A stretch of 64,000 nucleotides of DNA, taken from assembly GCF_011386835.1 (NCBI RefSeq), contig NC_088795.1, positions 103,788,001 through 103,852,000 on the forward strand, in the 5' to 3' direction. Shown in pieces: positions 12,354 to 26,316 of this stretch; position 1 is the first letter of the stretch, and every line of letters begins with the position of its first letter. This DNA comes from Chrysemys picta bellii. Its lineage: Eukaryota. The notes beneath the pieces were generated by a model. It did no database searches. It was not told the origin of the DNA and saw only the letters and a program-made list of their open reading frames with translations. A program made the translations under genes and the position numbers.

Positions 12354-14764
12354 AGAGAAAGTACACACCCAGAATTATATTCTACTTTCATTTACAGCAG
12401 AGCAACACTATTGTCTTCAGTGTATTTGCAGCAGTGTAGTAGAGAGGGAATTTGGTCAACTGTATTATTCTGGCAATTCTTTTATGATATTATCATTGTT
12501 GTGTATTTGTTTTATGTTTTAAATTAAGAACGCTTCTGAGCTTTCTTTTAAAGTATACTGATCCAAAAGGAAATCAGTACCTTAAATATAGCGCTTATTA
12601 AAATATCCTCTTCACAGAGAATCTCCTGATGGAGGTTTTCTAGACATCTGTTTTGCTGCATCAGCCAGAAACAAACAACAAAATCATTGGTATGCTCTAC
12701 CCATCCAAAGAGTTACTTTTCTCAGGCAGAATATGTCCTTGCTATCTCAGATGTCCATGGCAGCTTTTCCAAAATATTACGAACATTAATACAGAGGTTT
12801 TCAGACCACAGTTGGCTCTTTTCCTTCTCAGTCTTTTGTTTAGTAAGATGCAAATCCAAAGACTCATGCCTCAAGGAGCTCTTAGGTTCCCCTGGTTGTG
12901 CTGCTTCAATGGCTGTGACAGGAGATGGTATGTCTCTGGAGAAGTCAAACTATTCTGATGAGTAAAACGCAACTGGAAGGGATTTGCTTATCTATAAACT
13001 CATATGTGGTTCGAAGAAGCTAATGCATATATAGGCAATAGTGTTGGCCCCTGGATAGTGTTGGTCCACTGTGGAATAGCAAAGAATAGTTTGAAAGGAG
13101 TATCTATTCTTTCTACAGCTTTGCTAGCAAGACTGAAACAATTGATATAGTAGGTTTAAAAATGTCAAAGCTTGATTATTTTATGAAAATTTTCTTTTAA
13201 ATTTTGATAAAAAGGTCCAAAATTTTGTGAAAACTATTGTAGAAGTTTTGACCCATTTTTCAACTAGCTGTTGCAGTCATGGAAACAGAACAGGTTTGTA
13301 GGTGCAGCCACTGTGGTGAATATTTCTTTGTACAAGGTTGTCAAGTCCTGCCAGATGCTGTGGCTATAATTTCAATTGCTAGTCAAAGTTAAAAAAAAAT
13401 AGCAGTCTGGGACTAATCCAGGCCTGCTGAAGTCAATGGTAAGACTTCCAGGCCATTGGATCAGTCCTGATGAAAATGCCTATTCAGTTTGGAAGCAGAA
13501 TAGAAGCAAGGTACATAACAAGCAATATCCCTTCATAATAATGGAATACATGATAGAAACTGGTAGCAAAATCATTATAAAGGAATCTAATTATTTAACC
13601 ATTTAATTATTTTCAATGTTGTCACCGTATTTAAGGTCAACTTGACCAATTTGAGAAAAAGCTTTCTACAGCTGATTGACAAAGTCATTGTTGTAGCAGT
13701 CATTTACTTTGTTTTGGTTACTTACCTGAGTCACAATTAGGAGAGAACCAGGTATGCATTGCATATGACAAAACATCATCATATGAGCATTTTTAAATTT
13801 TAAAATACTTAAATCTATTGCAGTGTCAAGTTTTATGTAAGTTGAACAAAATACATGAAATCAGAATTTGCAAAATTACATGAATATGTTATTAAATATC
13901 TTAATGTAGTTATAAGGTCGAGTGTTTAGATGATCATATATGTTGAAAACAAGTCAGTATTTTACTGGAAAAGTTAATGAAACATAATTATTTTTGTATA
14001 ATAATCTTCAACTATAATTTAACAAATACAGTATTCCTGAAAAACTTCACATAACGTACTTTGAAAAATGTAAATGGCATAAGATTGTATGACTCTAAAC
14101 TCACATGGCACAAATTACATATCCAAAGGACAAGTTCAAGGGATTCAGAAATTAATGATGTTTTAAGCTACATTTAACAGCCATAGAAACTGAAGATTTG
14201 TAAAAATAGAGAAAACTAAATAACATTCATTAAAACACACACACACAAATCCATTGCCTTTTTAAATAAGACCTCATTATCAGGATGCCAGATGAACTAT
14301 GCTTGTGACCCTGACTTTTGACATCGTCAGCTCAAAAGTTAATTTGCTACATTTGCATGTGATCCTTTTTCATGCTACTGTTTTAACTCAAATCCTTCAT
14401 CTATTCATATGCTTTTTACAGATATTCCGGAAATAGTTCACAGGCATACAATTTCTTCTTCTGCCCTAGGAATAGCAACAGGCTGGGAGAGAACATTTAT
14501 ATTTAAGGGCTTGCTGTGAAGTAAATGCAATACTGCAGTAAATATATTAGCTGCAATGTGTAAATGTTAAAAACTATAATTTCTTAGAAAATAGGAAGAG
14601 GTATTTGAGAAACAATTGTTTCTGTTCTTCATGGGTTCGCTTGTTCCTTATCAAACAATATTATAGGGAAAAATCACTAACGAAGTGTGCATATGTGAAT
14701 ACATTCTTGAAAGGGCATCATCATTCATTTTCCTTTATTATTTAGAATGTTACTTATGATAGAA

Positions 14765-14965
14765 CATTGGTGCCCCAATCAAGATCTAAATGCTATATGA
14801 ACACACTGTAAGAGACAGTTTTTTCTCTGAAGACTATATAAACAAAGTATGGGAGTGAAATCAGAAGCACAGAGAGGTGAAGGGATATGCCTCAGGTGAC
14901 AGAAGTCAGCTGAAGAGCTCAAAATAGAACCCAGATTTCATGAATCTCAGGCCAGTGCCCTATCC
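14765..14965 (-). mobile_element. Ancient CORE-SINE/MIR-like fragment
   Basis: gcacagagaggtgaagggatatgcctcaggtgaca...agaacccagattt resembles the minus strand of the MIR core and head. Confidence 0.5.
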
Positions 14966-16801
14966 ACACTGCCCCTCTATTAGTTATATGCATTGGTACA
15001 AAAGGAGCCCCCAAGTCCTGTTCCTGGCACATAACTATAATGCAAGCCAAGCAGAACTGTGTGCTCTGGCCAGGCTATGGAACTGTGAAGTCCTACACAT
15101 ATCATTGGGGAGGGCAGAAAGGGTATCTATGTTGAGCCTATTAAGCTAGCAAAACCTGCTTTTCTTCCCAAAGGCAGAGTGCATTTTTCAGCGCCTCACT
15201 GCTTTATACAACGCAGAGAGCACTAGAGAATTGTAACAGTGTCCCAGTAGGTGATGTGAGATCCTTCTCAGCTGACTGAAAGCTAGAGAGAAAGACTAAA
15301 TAGACTAACATCTGAAGACACCTCACTGATGACAACTTTTATAGGACTGAGTTGTGCAAGTCACTGAACATGCTGGAGCAAAGCATTTAAGCAGATGAGT
15401 AGTCCCAGGGACTTCACACACCATAACACACCCTTTATTTTTGCATACTGGCACCTGAAAATCAATTTAGGCATGGTCAGCAGCCTACTAATAAGAATTT
15501 CACCTTATATGCTTTTTATTTTTGAAGTTAAAACCCTTGTCCAAGGAAGATCTGCCTTGCTTTCTATTTAGAAATGAAGGTGCAAAATATTTGCCAGTAT
15601 CACATAGAATGAAAATTTCTGATAAATATTTTCCATTGTTTGTATTAACCATTAAGCCAAAGGGCCTATTGCTAAGAAAAAGCCAATTGTTAAGTGAACC
15701 ACCCGCCTAGCAAGCTTTAAGAATAATTTGCAGTAAAATATGAAGTGGTGTAACCTTTACTGAGAGTGGGAATTTTAGTTTGGTAAGAGTGGAAAGTTAG
15801 GTTTTATCATAATACATCCAGATTATTAAAACCAGTGCTTTTAAATGCAAAATGTATTAATCATATTAGTATGGAAAGTCTAGATATTGTAATGTGTGAA
15901 TGTGTGCTTGGAAATTAGCAATGTGTACCCAATGAAAGAGGATATGCATAACTGTCTATGTGTAAAAAAGGAAGTTAAGGATTTTCAATACCTGCCTATA
16001 AATGATTGCATTTATTGCATTGAGTTATTGGTCAAACAAGACAGGACTGGGATCAGATTGTCATTGGATGCAAGTTCTGGTTCCATAAATATTGGGTATT
16101 ATATATCTATTCTTATTGTGTGTTATTCTTAAATAATAATGGGAAACAAGCGTGACTACTCCTGTCTCATGATTTTATTATTACTGGCTACAGTATTACC
16201 AAACCACTATAATTCAAATTTTAATCTCTCTCTGTATATCTATGTGTATTATATAAAGATAACATTTGCCTTTAGATTCTAGATGGTCTAACTTCTACTA
16301 TCAGTATTTAGACTTGATTTACCCTTTACAGACTCAGGACTATACTCTGCTATTGAACTATGCATGATATTCACCACTGAAAAAAAATTCTATGTAGACA
16401 TAACATCAGACTATGGTCCTCTGACTAAAATAAGGCTTGTATAGATAAGTTATCTAGTAAGTCTTTCTCCTGGGCTTCAAAAGATGTCTAATCAGTATTT
16501 TATGAATACTGATAAGCTTGGGATGCACAGAAACGCTTCGAAGAATTTGCTTAAAATCAATAAAGAATTAAATAATGGAACTAGAATATGGTTTAACAAG
16601 AACATTTTAAAATGTTGATAAAGTGTCACCAATAATTGACATCAGCTTTAGGTCTTGATAAATTTACAGTGTTGTTATCTTTGGTTACTTTAGGTTAAAA
16701 CTCTCAATGCTCAATCATTGATTCTAAAAGGAAAATTCAGTGATGTTTTCATAAGGAAATCTGAATTATTTGTTTTTCATCAAGATCAACACTCAGTCAA
16801 A

Positions 16802-17070
16802 GAGTATATCTACTTTGAGGTGGGAGCTTGAGTAGACAGAGACTCCCTAGTGCTGCTGGAGCTAGTGCTCTAAAAATAGCCAGGGGTAGCACTAGTGACA
16901 GCTTGGGCTAGCTGCCGGAGTATCACCATGGGTATGTACTTGGATGGCTAGATCGAGCTGCTGCCCATGCTACCCTCAGCTACACTGCTATTTTCAACAT
17001 GTTAGCTCAAGCACAGTTAGTGTATGTCTGTGTTGGGAAGCATGCTCCAAGTTCAATTGTAGACGTACCC
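16802..17070. mobile_element. Older PIF/Harbinger-type MITE
   Basis: Termini gagtatatctac / gtagacgtaccc, 3-bp aaa flanks, palindromic interior. Confidence 0.65.
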
Positions 17071-17520
17071 AAAGTAAAAATGCAAGAGGAACTCTTGGAG
17101 GCAAAGATTAAAATGAGGAGGAAGTGTGAATTAATAAAATAGCGGAACAGTTATTTGACTACAATAAAATGTATTAAACGCCTATAACAAATCACTTTCT
17201 GCCTATCTAGGGCTCAATGTGGGATTTAAAAAAAAAATCTGATGGATTTAAGTTCCAAATCCCATTGGCTCTCATTGGGAGCTGATAACCTAATTCTCCA
17301 GGTGCTTTTGAAAATTCCACCCTTAGTCTTTATTTGGCATCTTGTCATTTAAGAAAATGGATTTAGAATTTCATATCTATTTAACACTTGGTTAAACCCA
17401 AGGTAACTCTTTGTCACTACATAAATTAATCTCCATTAACTGAAACTTATGCTCAAAGTCTGCTGATTGAACAGAATTAGACTAAATCAATTTTCTAGGG
17501 CATTTCTCAATGAAGAAGCC

Positions 17521-17656
17521 AGGGGTGCTGGGACATTTTTTATAGCGGGAGTGCTAAAAGCCATTGAACCAAACTCTAAATCCTGTATATAATGGAAATC
17601 ACTTAAAGCCAGAGGGTGTGGCAGCACCCCTAGTATCTGTAGTTTCAGCACCTATG
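17521..17656. repeat. Short interspersed MITE-like repeat (second copy at 52783-52917)
   Basis: Aligns along its length with 52783-52917; both end gtagtttcagcacctatg. Confidence 0.7.
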
Positions 17657-18299
17657 GAAGCAGCTGTCCCAATTCAACCTGTCCTAGTTATGTATAACGA
17701 CTAATATTTAACATTTGTATAATACTTTTAATCCCAAATCTCTTTGTGTATCATATACGTAGTACCAGACCCGCAGCGGGCAAGCAAAACACACCATGAT
17801 ACACAGACCAGAGAGTTCAGTTTTTAAGGTTGTTTCTTAAAAGAAAGTGAAGAGTAAGCTGCATGGAACTCATTTTATTTACCTTGAAGATATAAAAATG
17901 AAGGGCTGAGCTAACTCTGGCTAGATTTGATCCTGGGGCTCCAGGGAAGATAAATATTTTAAACTAGTTGTTTAGACCACTAAGCCATTCCCTCCAGCGG
18001 GGGCTAAAAGTTCCATGGTTACTATACGTACCTGCTCACTCAATTCTTTTTAAATTCACTTGAATCTCTGAAGAAAATACTTTCTGCTAAAGTCTGCATC
18101 TCTTCCAGTCCCTCGTATTCCTTCTCAGGCTATATAACGTGAGCAACTCCCACTTCTTTCTGGGCTCTGTCAAATGCATTAGAATGATAAATGTGTATTC
18201 TCCCTTCTGTAGCCCTTCTCTCTGTTCTTTCAAGTCCCTTCAATTTGGAAAACCCAATAGTAATGTAAATACTTTACATTTGCAAAACAGTGCATAAAT

Positions 18300-18410
18300 A
18301 ATATCTAATTAATCCTTATAAGCTGCCTGTAAAAATAACATCCTAATTTTACAGACAGGAAAATGGAGACACAGAAAGGATAAATGACTTGCCCAGGTTA
18401 TACACCAGGA
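18300..18410 (-). mobile_element. MIR/CORE-SINE fragment
   Basis: attttacagacaggaaaatggagacacagaaaggataaatgacttgcccagg matches the minus-strand MIR core. Confidence 0.65.
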
Positions 18411-19503
18411 AACTATCAAAATTAGAATAAAAAAGGAGAGTATAGTATAAGCTTATATTTAAATAACATTAACTATTGTAGTTAATATAACGACACATTT
18501 CAGATGCAGGACTAATGAGGTATAATATATCACTAATAGTTCGGGGGTGTCAAATGATCACAAACATCAATCTATTGCTTCTTTGTATGGTAAAACTTAG
18601 CCTTTGGAGAAATCAGAGTCCATTGGCCTAAACATTTAAAAGTGATTAATGATGTTGAGTTTCTCAATTTTTTGGTCTCCAACTTTACAGAGGCCTGATT
18701 TACAGACGTTGGGTGATCAGTACTTTCTGAAAACCAAGCCCCTATAGTGTCTCAAATTGGGCACCCAAAAATGGTGGCTTCCAAAATCACTAATCACTTT
18801 TGAAAATTTAAAATGTACATCTTCTGAGCCCTTCATCCTTAATTATATGTTCTCTTGTGGGAACCACAGACTTAGAAGAAGGATGAATTGTTCAGTCCAA
18901 AGTTAGTCCAGCTTCTTTCTATTAGTAACAAAACAGTGACATCAGAAATATGCAACTACACTAAATATGTTGCTGCAGTGCACCCATAATTTGTATTGTA
19001 TTCAATATTATACTGTGATGAAGAGAACAAATAGTCAGCAATTAAATGATTTTGCAGTCTTTATGGTAAGTTACTGCCTCTTGTGATGCTTTTCCAAGTT
19101 GAAAATTCTTCTTTCTGAGCTCAGACAGTGCATCTCTTTAAGTTACATAACTAATGACAAGCTGTGTTAATATGGCTTTTACTGTCATTTTTTCAGAGAT
19201 TAGGAATGTGTCAGGAGTATATAACCTGAATCTAAACTACTGCTGTTTGAAATTGTTATGCATTAGCAACAAAAAGTTAACTTGAAAATATTTTGTGGAT
19301 AGATGTGGCTGTATGGAAGGGTTTGTTTTTTTTTTTTTGCTATAATCAGTCTGTACATTTAATGAAATAAATGTAACTCCATGCTACAACTTGGCATGAC
19401 ACCAGTGGTTGTTATGCATCCAAAAGCTGCAGAATAAGTTATTAACTTTCTTTTTAAATAATGCTATAATAAAATGAAATATAAAACACACACAAAATAT
19501 TAA

Positions 19504-19630
19504 GTATCAGAGGGGTAGCCGTGTTAGTCTGTATCTGTAAAAAGCAACAGAGAGTCCTGTGGCACCTTTAAGACTAACAGATGTATCGGAGCATAAGCTT
19601 TCATGGGTGAATACCCACTTTGTCAGATGC
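19504..19630 (-). mobile_element. Penelope terminal fragment consisting of hammerhead plus tail
   Basis: 11-bp TSD caaaatattaa (19493-19503, 19630-19640). Homologous to 11629-11755. Confidence 0.9.
19591..19630 (-). ncRNA. Minimal hammerhead motif, probably decayed
   Basis: Minus strand GCAU-CUGACAA-A-GUGGG-UAUUCA-CCCAU-GAA-AGCU-U-AUGC. Core G8 is changed to A, consistent with CpG decay of CUGACGA. Confidence 0.7.
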
Positions 19631-21052
19631 AAAATATTAAAACATTAAGGGTCTGCTTTCTAATTTCTAATGAAAGGAAATAGAGTTCAGGCCAGAGCCT
19701 AACTGGTGTAAATAGATATAATTCCACATAAATCAAAGGATCTAAATCTACTCACACCCATATGAAGATGTGGCCCTCTATCCAGAGATCATCCTATTGT
19801 GCCTTTAATTCTAGGGGTCTTCAGTGTAACAATATCCACCAATGTTGTTTGATACTGATGGCTGGTTATGTGGCAGTGGTATTGCTCTTACACCCTGAAG
19901 AGGAGTTTGAAGAGAACATGACTCGATTCGAAAACAATATCTGACAAGCTCAAAACAAAAAACACAAGAGGTCCCAATCTTGCAACACTTCAACAAAGTA
20001 ATTCTAGAGGGATGTCCAAACATCTCCAAGCACAAATCCATATTGGAACTATAAAGCTGAAATTGCTCTACGCAAGGAGATTCCATACAAAGGACATCAT
20101 GTCATAATTCTGGAGAGCATGAAGTTGGAAATACTAAGTATAATCCACAGTGAGAATCTTGGAATTCAGAAGTCTAAGAACAGAGCCCTAGGTGTCCTTC
20201 TCTGTCCATTAATGCTATCAGAACATATGTAAGTGTGAAATCTGTAATAAATACAGGAAACATTATGTGAAACCAAATTAAACAGGAAAGATTACCTCCT
20301 AGTGGATTACATTGAGTAGCCATGTCACATAACACACTAAATCTGTCATGGGGTGCCAGATAAATTAATATCTAGAGCTAGTCAAAAAAGAGGACAAATG
20401 TGTGAGGGAAAATCAATAGTCCAGCTCAAAAGAAACAATGTCATATGACATACAAACACAGAACTGATTTTTAACTTCAATTATTTACAATCTTTTGATG
20501 TTTTACACCCTGATTCTGCAAATATTTTACATATGTAAGTAGTTCCATTGACTGCAATGGGATTCGTATGTATTATTTAATTACATGTTTGAAGGACATA
20601 AAATGTTAACAACAAAACAACTGTTCTTAATCACAGTATACATAAACATATGTGAACATTTTACTCTTTCTAACATGGACATCCAGTACAAGACTGTAAA
20701 CACATACATGAAAGTATAAGTTACTATTTAGGGGAACTGTGTTCCTGGGATTTACATCTTTCAGATAAAACAAAAAGCTGAGATGCTTATTGCTGGTAGT
20801 CATAAAGATCCCATAACCAGAATGCTGGACACTTTTACTATTTGGGTAATTATTTTCTACTTACCTAATTGATTCCTGGAGTTTTAGTGGATGCAGAAAT
20901 CTTGCCTCTGTTCCAGACCATGCATAGAGTGTTTGGGATCACTGATAAAGCTGATTCCATGTCCTGCTCAAGAGGTAGCATACTGTTCAGTGACAGGGTA
21001 TTATTTGGATTATAAAAATGGCAAAAAATAATTCTCTTTAAGTGTCTGATAA

Positions 21053-23603
21053 CACTGGTCTACAATTTTTGAGAAGTGGTCTGCTTCAGAGATAAAATGT
21101 ACTATTTATTATGTATTTTGATGTGCTGAATTCAAATATGACAATTAGAACAACTGATTGGCTACTGTTTCTAAGATATTTAAGTTTTTACATTTTATGT
21201 CTTTGTATATTGTGTAGATAGTAGAGTTTTAATCATAAATTGTAAACCTAGGTCTTTTCATGTGTTTATGGTTGCTTTACATGATAATATTTCACCTGTC
21301 CTGTTTATGTAACATTTTAAAAATCAGTAAAAGGGTTATATAAATAAAATTTATTATGAAACAAAAGGCAAAAAACTATTATGTACATAGTTTAGTCCTA
21401 TTCAGTGTCTACTTGGCACTTCTTGGCTTGTCTCTTGTATTCATTACATAGAGCATCGCTTGTCACTGTCCAGCAATAGTCTGCAAGCATTGATGGGCTT
21501 CATTTGCCCCGATAGCATTTCTCCATTGTTGAAATGTCCTGGTGAAATCGCTCGCCGTGCTCGTCGCTCACTGCTCCGCAGTTCGGTGGAAAAAAATCTA
21601 GATGAAAGTGCAAAAAATGTATCTTTAGTGACGTGTTGCAACCAAAGCTTTTGTATGCCTTGAGGAGGTTTTCCACCAACAACCTGTAGCTATCTGCCTT
21701 GTTGTTTCCGAGAAAATTTATTGCCACTAACTGGAAGACTTTCCATTCCATCTTTTCCTTGCCATGCAGTGCATGGTCAAATGCATCATATCAAAGAAGT
21801 TCACGAATCTGAGGACCAACAAAGACACCTTCCTTTATCTTAGCTTCACTTAACCTTGGAAATTTTCCACAGAGGTACTTGAAAGCTGCTTGTGTTTTGT
21901 CAATGGCCTTGACAAAGCTCTTCATCAGACCCAGCTTGATGTGTAAGGGTGGTAACAAAATCTTCCTTGATTCAACAAGTGGTGGATGCTGAACACTTTT
22001 CCTCCCAGGCTCCAATGACTGTCGGAGTGGCCAATCTTTCTTGATGTAGTGGGAATCTCTTGCACGACTATCCCATTCACAGAGAAAACAGCAGTACTTT
22101 GTGTATCCAGTCTGCAGACCAAGCAAGAGAGCAACAACCTTCAAATCGCCACAAAGCTGCCACTGATGTTGGTCATAGTTTAGGCACCTCAAAAGTTGTT
22201 TCATGTTGTCATAGGTTTCCTTCATATCAACTGCATGACCAACTGGAATTGATGGCAAAACATTGCCATTATGCAATAAAACAGCTTTAAGACTCGTCTT
22301 CGATGAATCAATGAACAGTCTCCACTCATCTGGATCGTGAACGATGTTGAGGGCTCCCATCACACCATCGATGTTGTTGCAGGCTACAAGATCACCTTCC
22401 ATGAAGAAGAATGGGACAAGATTCTTTTGACGGTCACGGAACATGGAAACCCTAACATCACCTGCCAGGAGATTCCACTGCTGTAGTCTGGAGCCCAACA
22501 GCTCTGTCTTACTCTTGGGTAGTTCCAAATCCCTGACAAGGTCATTCAGTTCACCTTGTGTTATGAGGTGTGGTTCAGAGGAGGAGGATGGGAGAAAATG
22601 TGGGTCCTGTGACATTGATGGTTCAGGACCAGAAGTTTCATCCTCTTCCTCTTCCTCGTCTGACTCAAGTGAGAATGATTCTGGTGCATCAGGAACTGTC
22701 AGTCCTTCTCTGTGGGGTACTGGGCGTATAGCTGTTGGAATGTTTGGATAATGCACAGTCCACTTTTTCTTCTTTGACACACCTTTCCCAACTGGAGGCA
22801 CCATGCAGAAGTAACAATTGCTGGTATGATCTGTTGGCTCTCTCCAAATCATTGGCACTGCAAAAGGCATAGATTTCCTTTTCCTGTTCAACCACTGGCG
22901 AAGATTTGTTGCACAAGTGTTGCAGCATATGTGTGGGGCCCACCTCTTGTCCTGATCTCCAATTTTTTCAGCCAAAATAAAGGTGATAGGCTTTCTTAAC
23001 CATAGTGGTTATACTGCGCTTTTGTGATGCAAAAGTCACTTCACCACAAACATAGCAGAAATTATCTGCACTGTTCACACCAGTACAAGGCATCTCTACT
23101 CACTTTGGCTAAACAGAAATGTGTCCCTTTGCAAAATCAAACACTGACAAATAAGAGAGCACAACACTGTATGATTTCTAGAGCTGACATAGGGCAATTT
23201 GTTCAGCAGAGTAATGTAAGCTTCGTTATGATTGCATCATCCATGACTTCTAGGAATAACATGATGCAATTCATATCATGTATGATGCAATACCAGCTTC
23301 AGATTGCATCATTCATTGTTTTGCCTAAAAAGCAAGTACTATTCAAACCCAGTCATAGATTTATTCCTAGATCCAGTCAAAGATGTATTTTAGTCATTTC
23401 TGGTTTAAATTGAGATCCCTTCCCTTTATAACTCACTTATCCTCCACCATTCCCTGGTCAAGGGTCGTATATACTGACCCAATAGCATATCTTGAAAAGT
23501 AGAGCCAATCAACAATTTTAAGCATCATTTTCGTTCTCAGTGACCCAGAATTAGTAAAGTTTGACTACATTTATTTCAGAAGCATTTTGGCGGTAGAGCA
23601 GTG
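21053..23603 (-). mobile_element. Full-length Chapaev3-type (CMC superfamily) DNA transposon
   Basis: Termini cactggtctac / gtagagcagtg (CAC...GTG), 3-bp TAA TSD (21050-21052, 23604-23606), internal transposase. Confidence 0.85.
21398..23093 (-). pseudogene. Chapaev-type transposase pseudogene (about 564 aa reconstructed)
   Basis: ATG at 23093 (MPCTGVNSADNFCYVCGE), +1 frameshift near 22965, in-frame stops at 21791-21793 and 21500-21502, terminal TAG 21398-21400. Motifs WAPHICC, MPFAVPMIWREP..H..CYFC, LFIDSS, GDLKV, LPPLHIKLGL, SDEHGERFHQDI. Confidence 0.88.
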
Positions 23604-26296
23604 TAATAACTTCTCTTTAGAGGTAGCTAGAAACTGCTGACTAGGGAGAAATGAGTTTGTTCACTTGACTTGACCATATCTCCTTAAGCACTGAGGTGGC
23701 CATCTGAATTTCCATGTATTTGTGGGTTTCATAACAGACCCAAATGCATTTGTTTGTACCAGACAAAAAGCAAACCAAAAATGATTTGTAAGTAAATAAC
23801 ATTTCCACTCAGTCTAAACATTGATCTTTGTGCTATTGGCTTCTTAGTTCCTTAGCAGTGTATTTACTTATTTCTACAAACTATTGAAGCCAATCCGCAG
23901 TTGTCCGGAGTTATAAAATTCTAGCATTATATAAAGTGACATAGAAAATAGGAACAATTTGCAATCTTCACCTTTGAGCTTCACAGAAAGGAGATTTTTG
24001 TTCTTTCTCCTGAACTGGTAAATAGTTTTACTAGTGAATGGAGACAACTTTTTTATTAGAAGAACATGGGTGAACAGTCACATGTTGTTAATTCAAAGCA
24101 ATTGTTCTTCTTACCTAGATAGTTATTACTACTAGACCTGTTTTAACACTAGCTTGTTCTTACCCTCTCCCTTCACCAATTTCTCATCTTTCCCCAGAAA
24201 TCATTGCACTTGGATTCAATTTTTTATCTCAGGTTACAAAAAATAAAAATAACAAAATAAACAGAGCTAAGATTATGCATTATAAGATTGACTGTTGAGA
24301 TCAAAAGGGATGCATTTCCTAAACATAAAATGAGTAATTAACCGCATATTTTATAATCAGACTTCACAGATAGCTGTTATGCTTTATATGATTACTAGAT
24401 AGCCACATTAAATAAATCCTCCTCTAAATTATCTTATTTATATTTGCTTAAATAATATGAAAATGAACATGGAACCCCAAAAATGATTTTCAAAACCCCG
24501 CTTCTTGTTTTAGAATTAATTATCTATATACCCAATTATTGTGGAGAAACTTATGACCTTAGCTAAGCTCTCATGAAATAGGACATACAGAGCAACTATG
24601 TACCTTCATGGACTACTTTTATTATGGTCAGCTGTGGCTCCACCTCCCTCATCACATGGCATATATAAGCCAGTGCATTATCTAAGTAAACTGCACCAAG
24701 GATAAGGTTGACACAGATTACTTTCCTCGCACAGCCATACACCAAACAGCAACACTGTCCTCCCCACAAATGAAACAACCAAACCTGGAGCAAGGGGAAA
24801 CCAGGAGTCAGACTGAATCACAATATTACTCCTGCTCTGCTTCTAGGATAGCACAGCTACACACTGCCCCTTAACACAGGGCTTGACCAAAGCCTGAGTC
24901 CTGTATTTATTTTACTACTTAGTCTCACCATACCTGAGCATTATTCTCCTATTTCAAATTCTTTAGCTTACCTTTGTACAAAGCCGTGTACACAGAGAAC
25001 AAACAAACTATGGGTAAAATTCTTACCACACTGAAGGCAATGAGAGTTTCCTTAAACATGCATTCCTTTGGAATGTATGATCAACATGTTTTCAAGGAAA
25101 GTAATCAGTTTTCATGGATGGAAACAGACGAGAAGAAACAAGTGAACTTAGTATAGGAATTCAAGGAGCAGGACTCTCTCACCCTGGATAGGACCAAAGA
25201 GGGAAAATAAATAAAAGGGGGAGTTGGAGAGATCAAGATGGGGCATTGTTAGTTATAGGAAATAGAGAGGGTGGGGAAGGAATAAAACATAGAGGAAAAA
25301 GGTCAGGAGAAAGAAAAAGAGAAAGTTATGAAAAGTGATATGAAAGAACAGTGAAAGGGATATTGTGACATGCACTTTTATCACAAATTATTGTGCCTCA
25401 ATTCTGGGGCCTGTGTCCCCCACATGGCATTCAGATATATAGCTATACAGTAGATTCCTGGACCCATCCATGATGATGACAGTTAGGGTATACTCTATGA
25501 TTTATGAAGCAAATTTCAATTATATCTGCAATAGGGAATCTATTTGACTTGCTGCCAAGTACTTAGTAATATTCACCTCAGGAGTAGGTAGGGTCAGTAG
25601 TGGTGGCAATCATCACACACCAAACCATGATACAATCGATCTCCATTGAACACCTCATATTAGGAATATAAGATAGCCAATTAGTTCATTCATTCACCTA
25701 ACACAGCTTGCCCTTAGTGTATGTTATGACTATGGAAGAGATGGAGATATTGGCAGACAACAGAATAAGATAATTAAAGGTAAATATAGAGAGATGGAAT
25801 GAGGAAGAAAATAGGGGTGAGGAGTAAGAGTGAATGACACAGAATGGAGGGAAGAAAGATAGATGAAGGGCAGAACAATGAGAAGAGACTGTAAGAGAAG
25901 TCCGTTTGAAAGAACAAGATGCTAATTGTGCAAAGTTATGGTACTCCTCTAATATAAGTAATTTCCCCATAAGTACTAGTTTGAAATCTTCAAATGTATT
26001 ACATTTGTTATCTATTCTAAGAAAAGTGTGAGATTTGAGAAACTTGTATATTTTCCATTAGCCCAAACAACTCTACATATGATTATATTCTAAAGCCAAA
26101 TTGGAATTTTTTGATTAAGTTTTTTTTTTTCCATTGGAAACTGCCTATTTGTTCAAAACTGAAACTTTTTGCGGAAACGTATTGTTTTTGACAAAACTTT
26201 CATCAGAAAGGTGCCTCAGGTACAGAATGGAATTTCTTGTGAAAACAAGGGAATCCCAGCCCAGAGCAGCTAACAGCTCAGTGGTTAGGATATGGC

Positions 26297-26316
26297 GGGG
26301 GGGGGGGGGGGGGGGG
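26297..26316 (+). repeat. Poly-G run (20 nt) inside a tRNA-head-like repeat
   Basis: Read directly from the sequence. Confidence 0.9.

Noticed and set aside
21444-22943. Overlapping short ORFs on both strands within the Chapaev element
   Set aside because: They are antisense or alternative-frame shadows of the transposase coding sequence.
25140-25930. Purine-rich tracts as an old L2 remnant or a functional polypurine element
   Set aside because: Only a lone LDLS-like match on the minus strand; too weak to classify.
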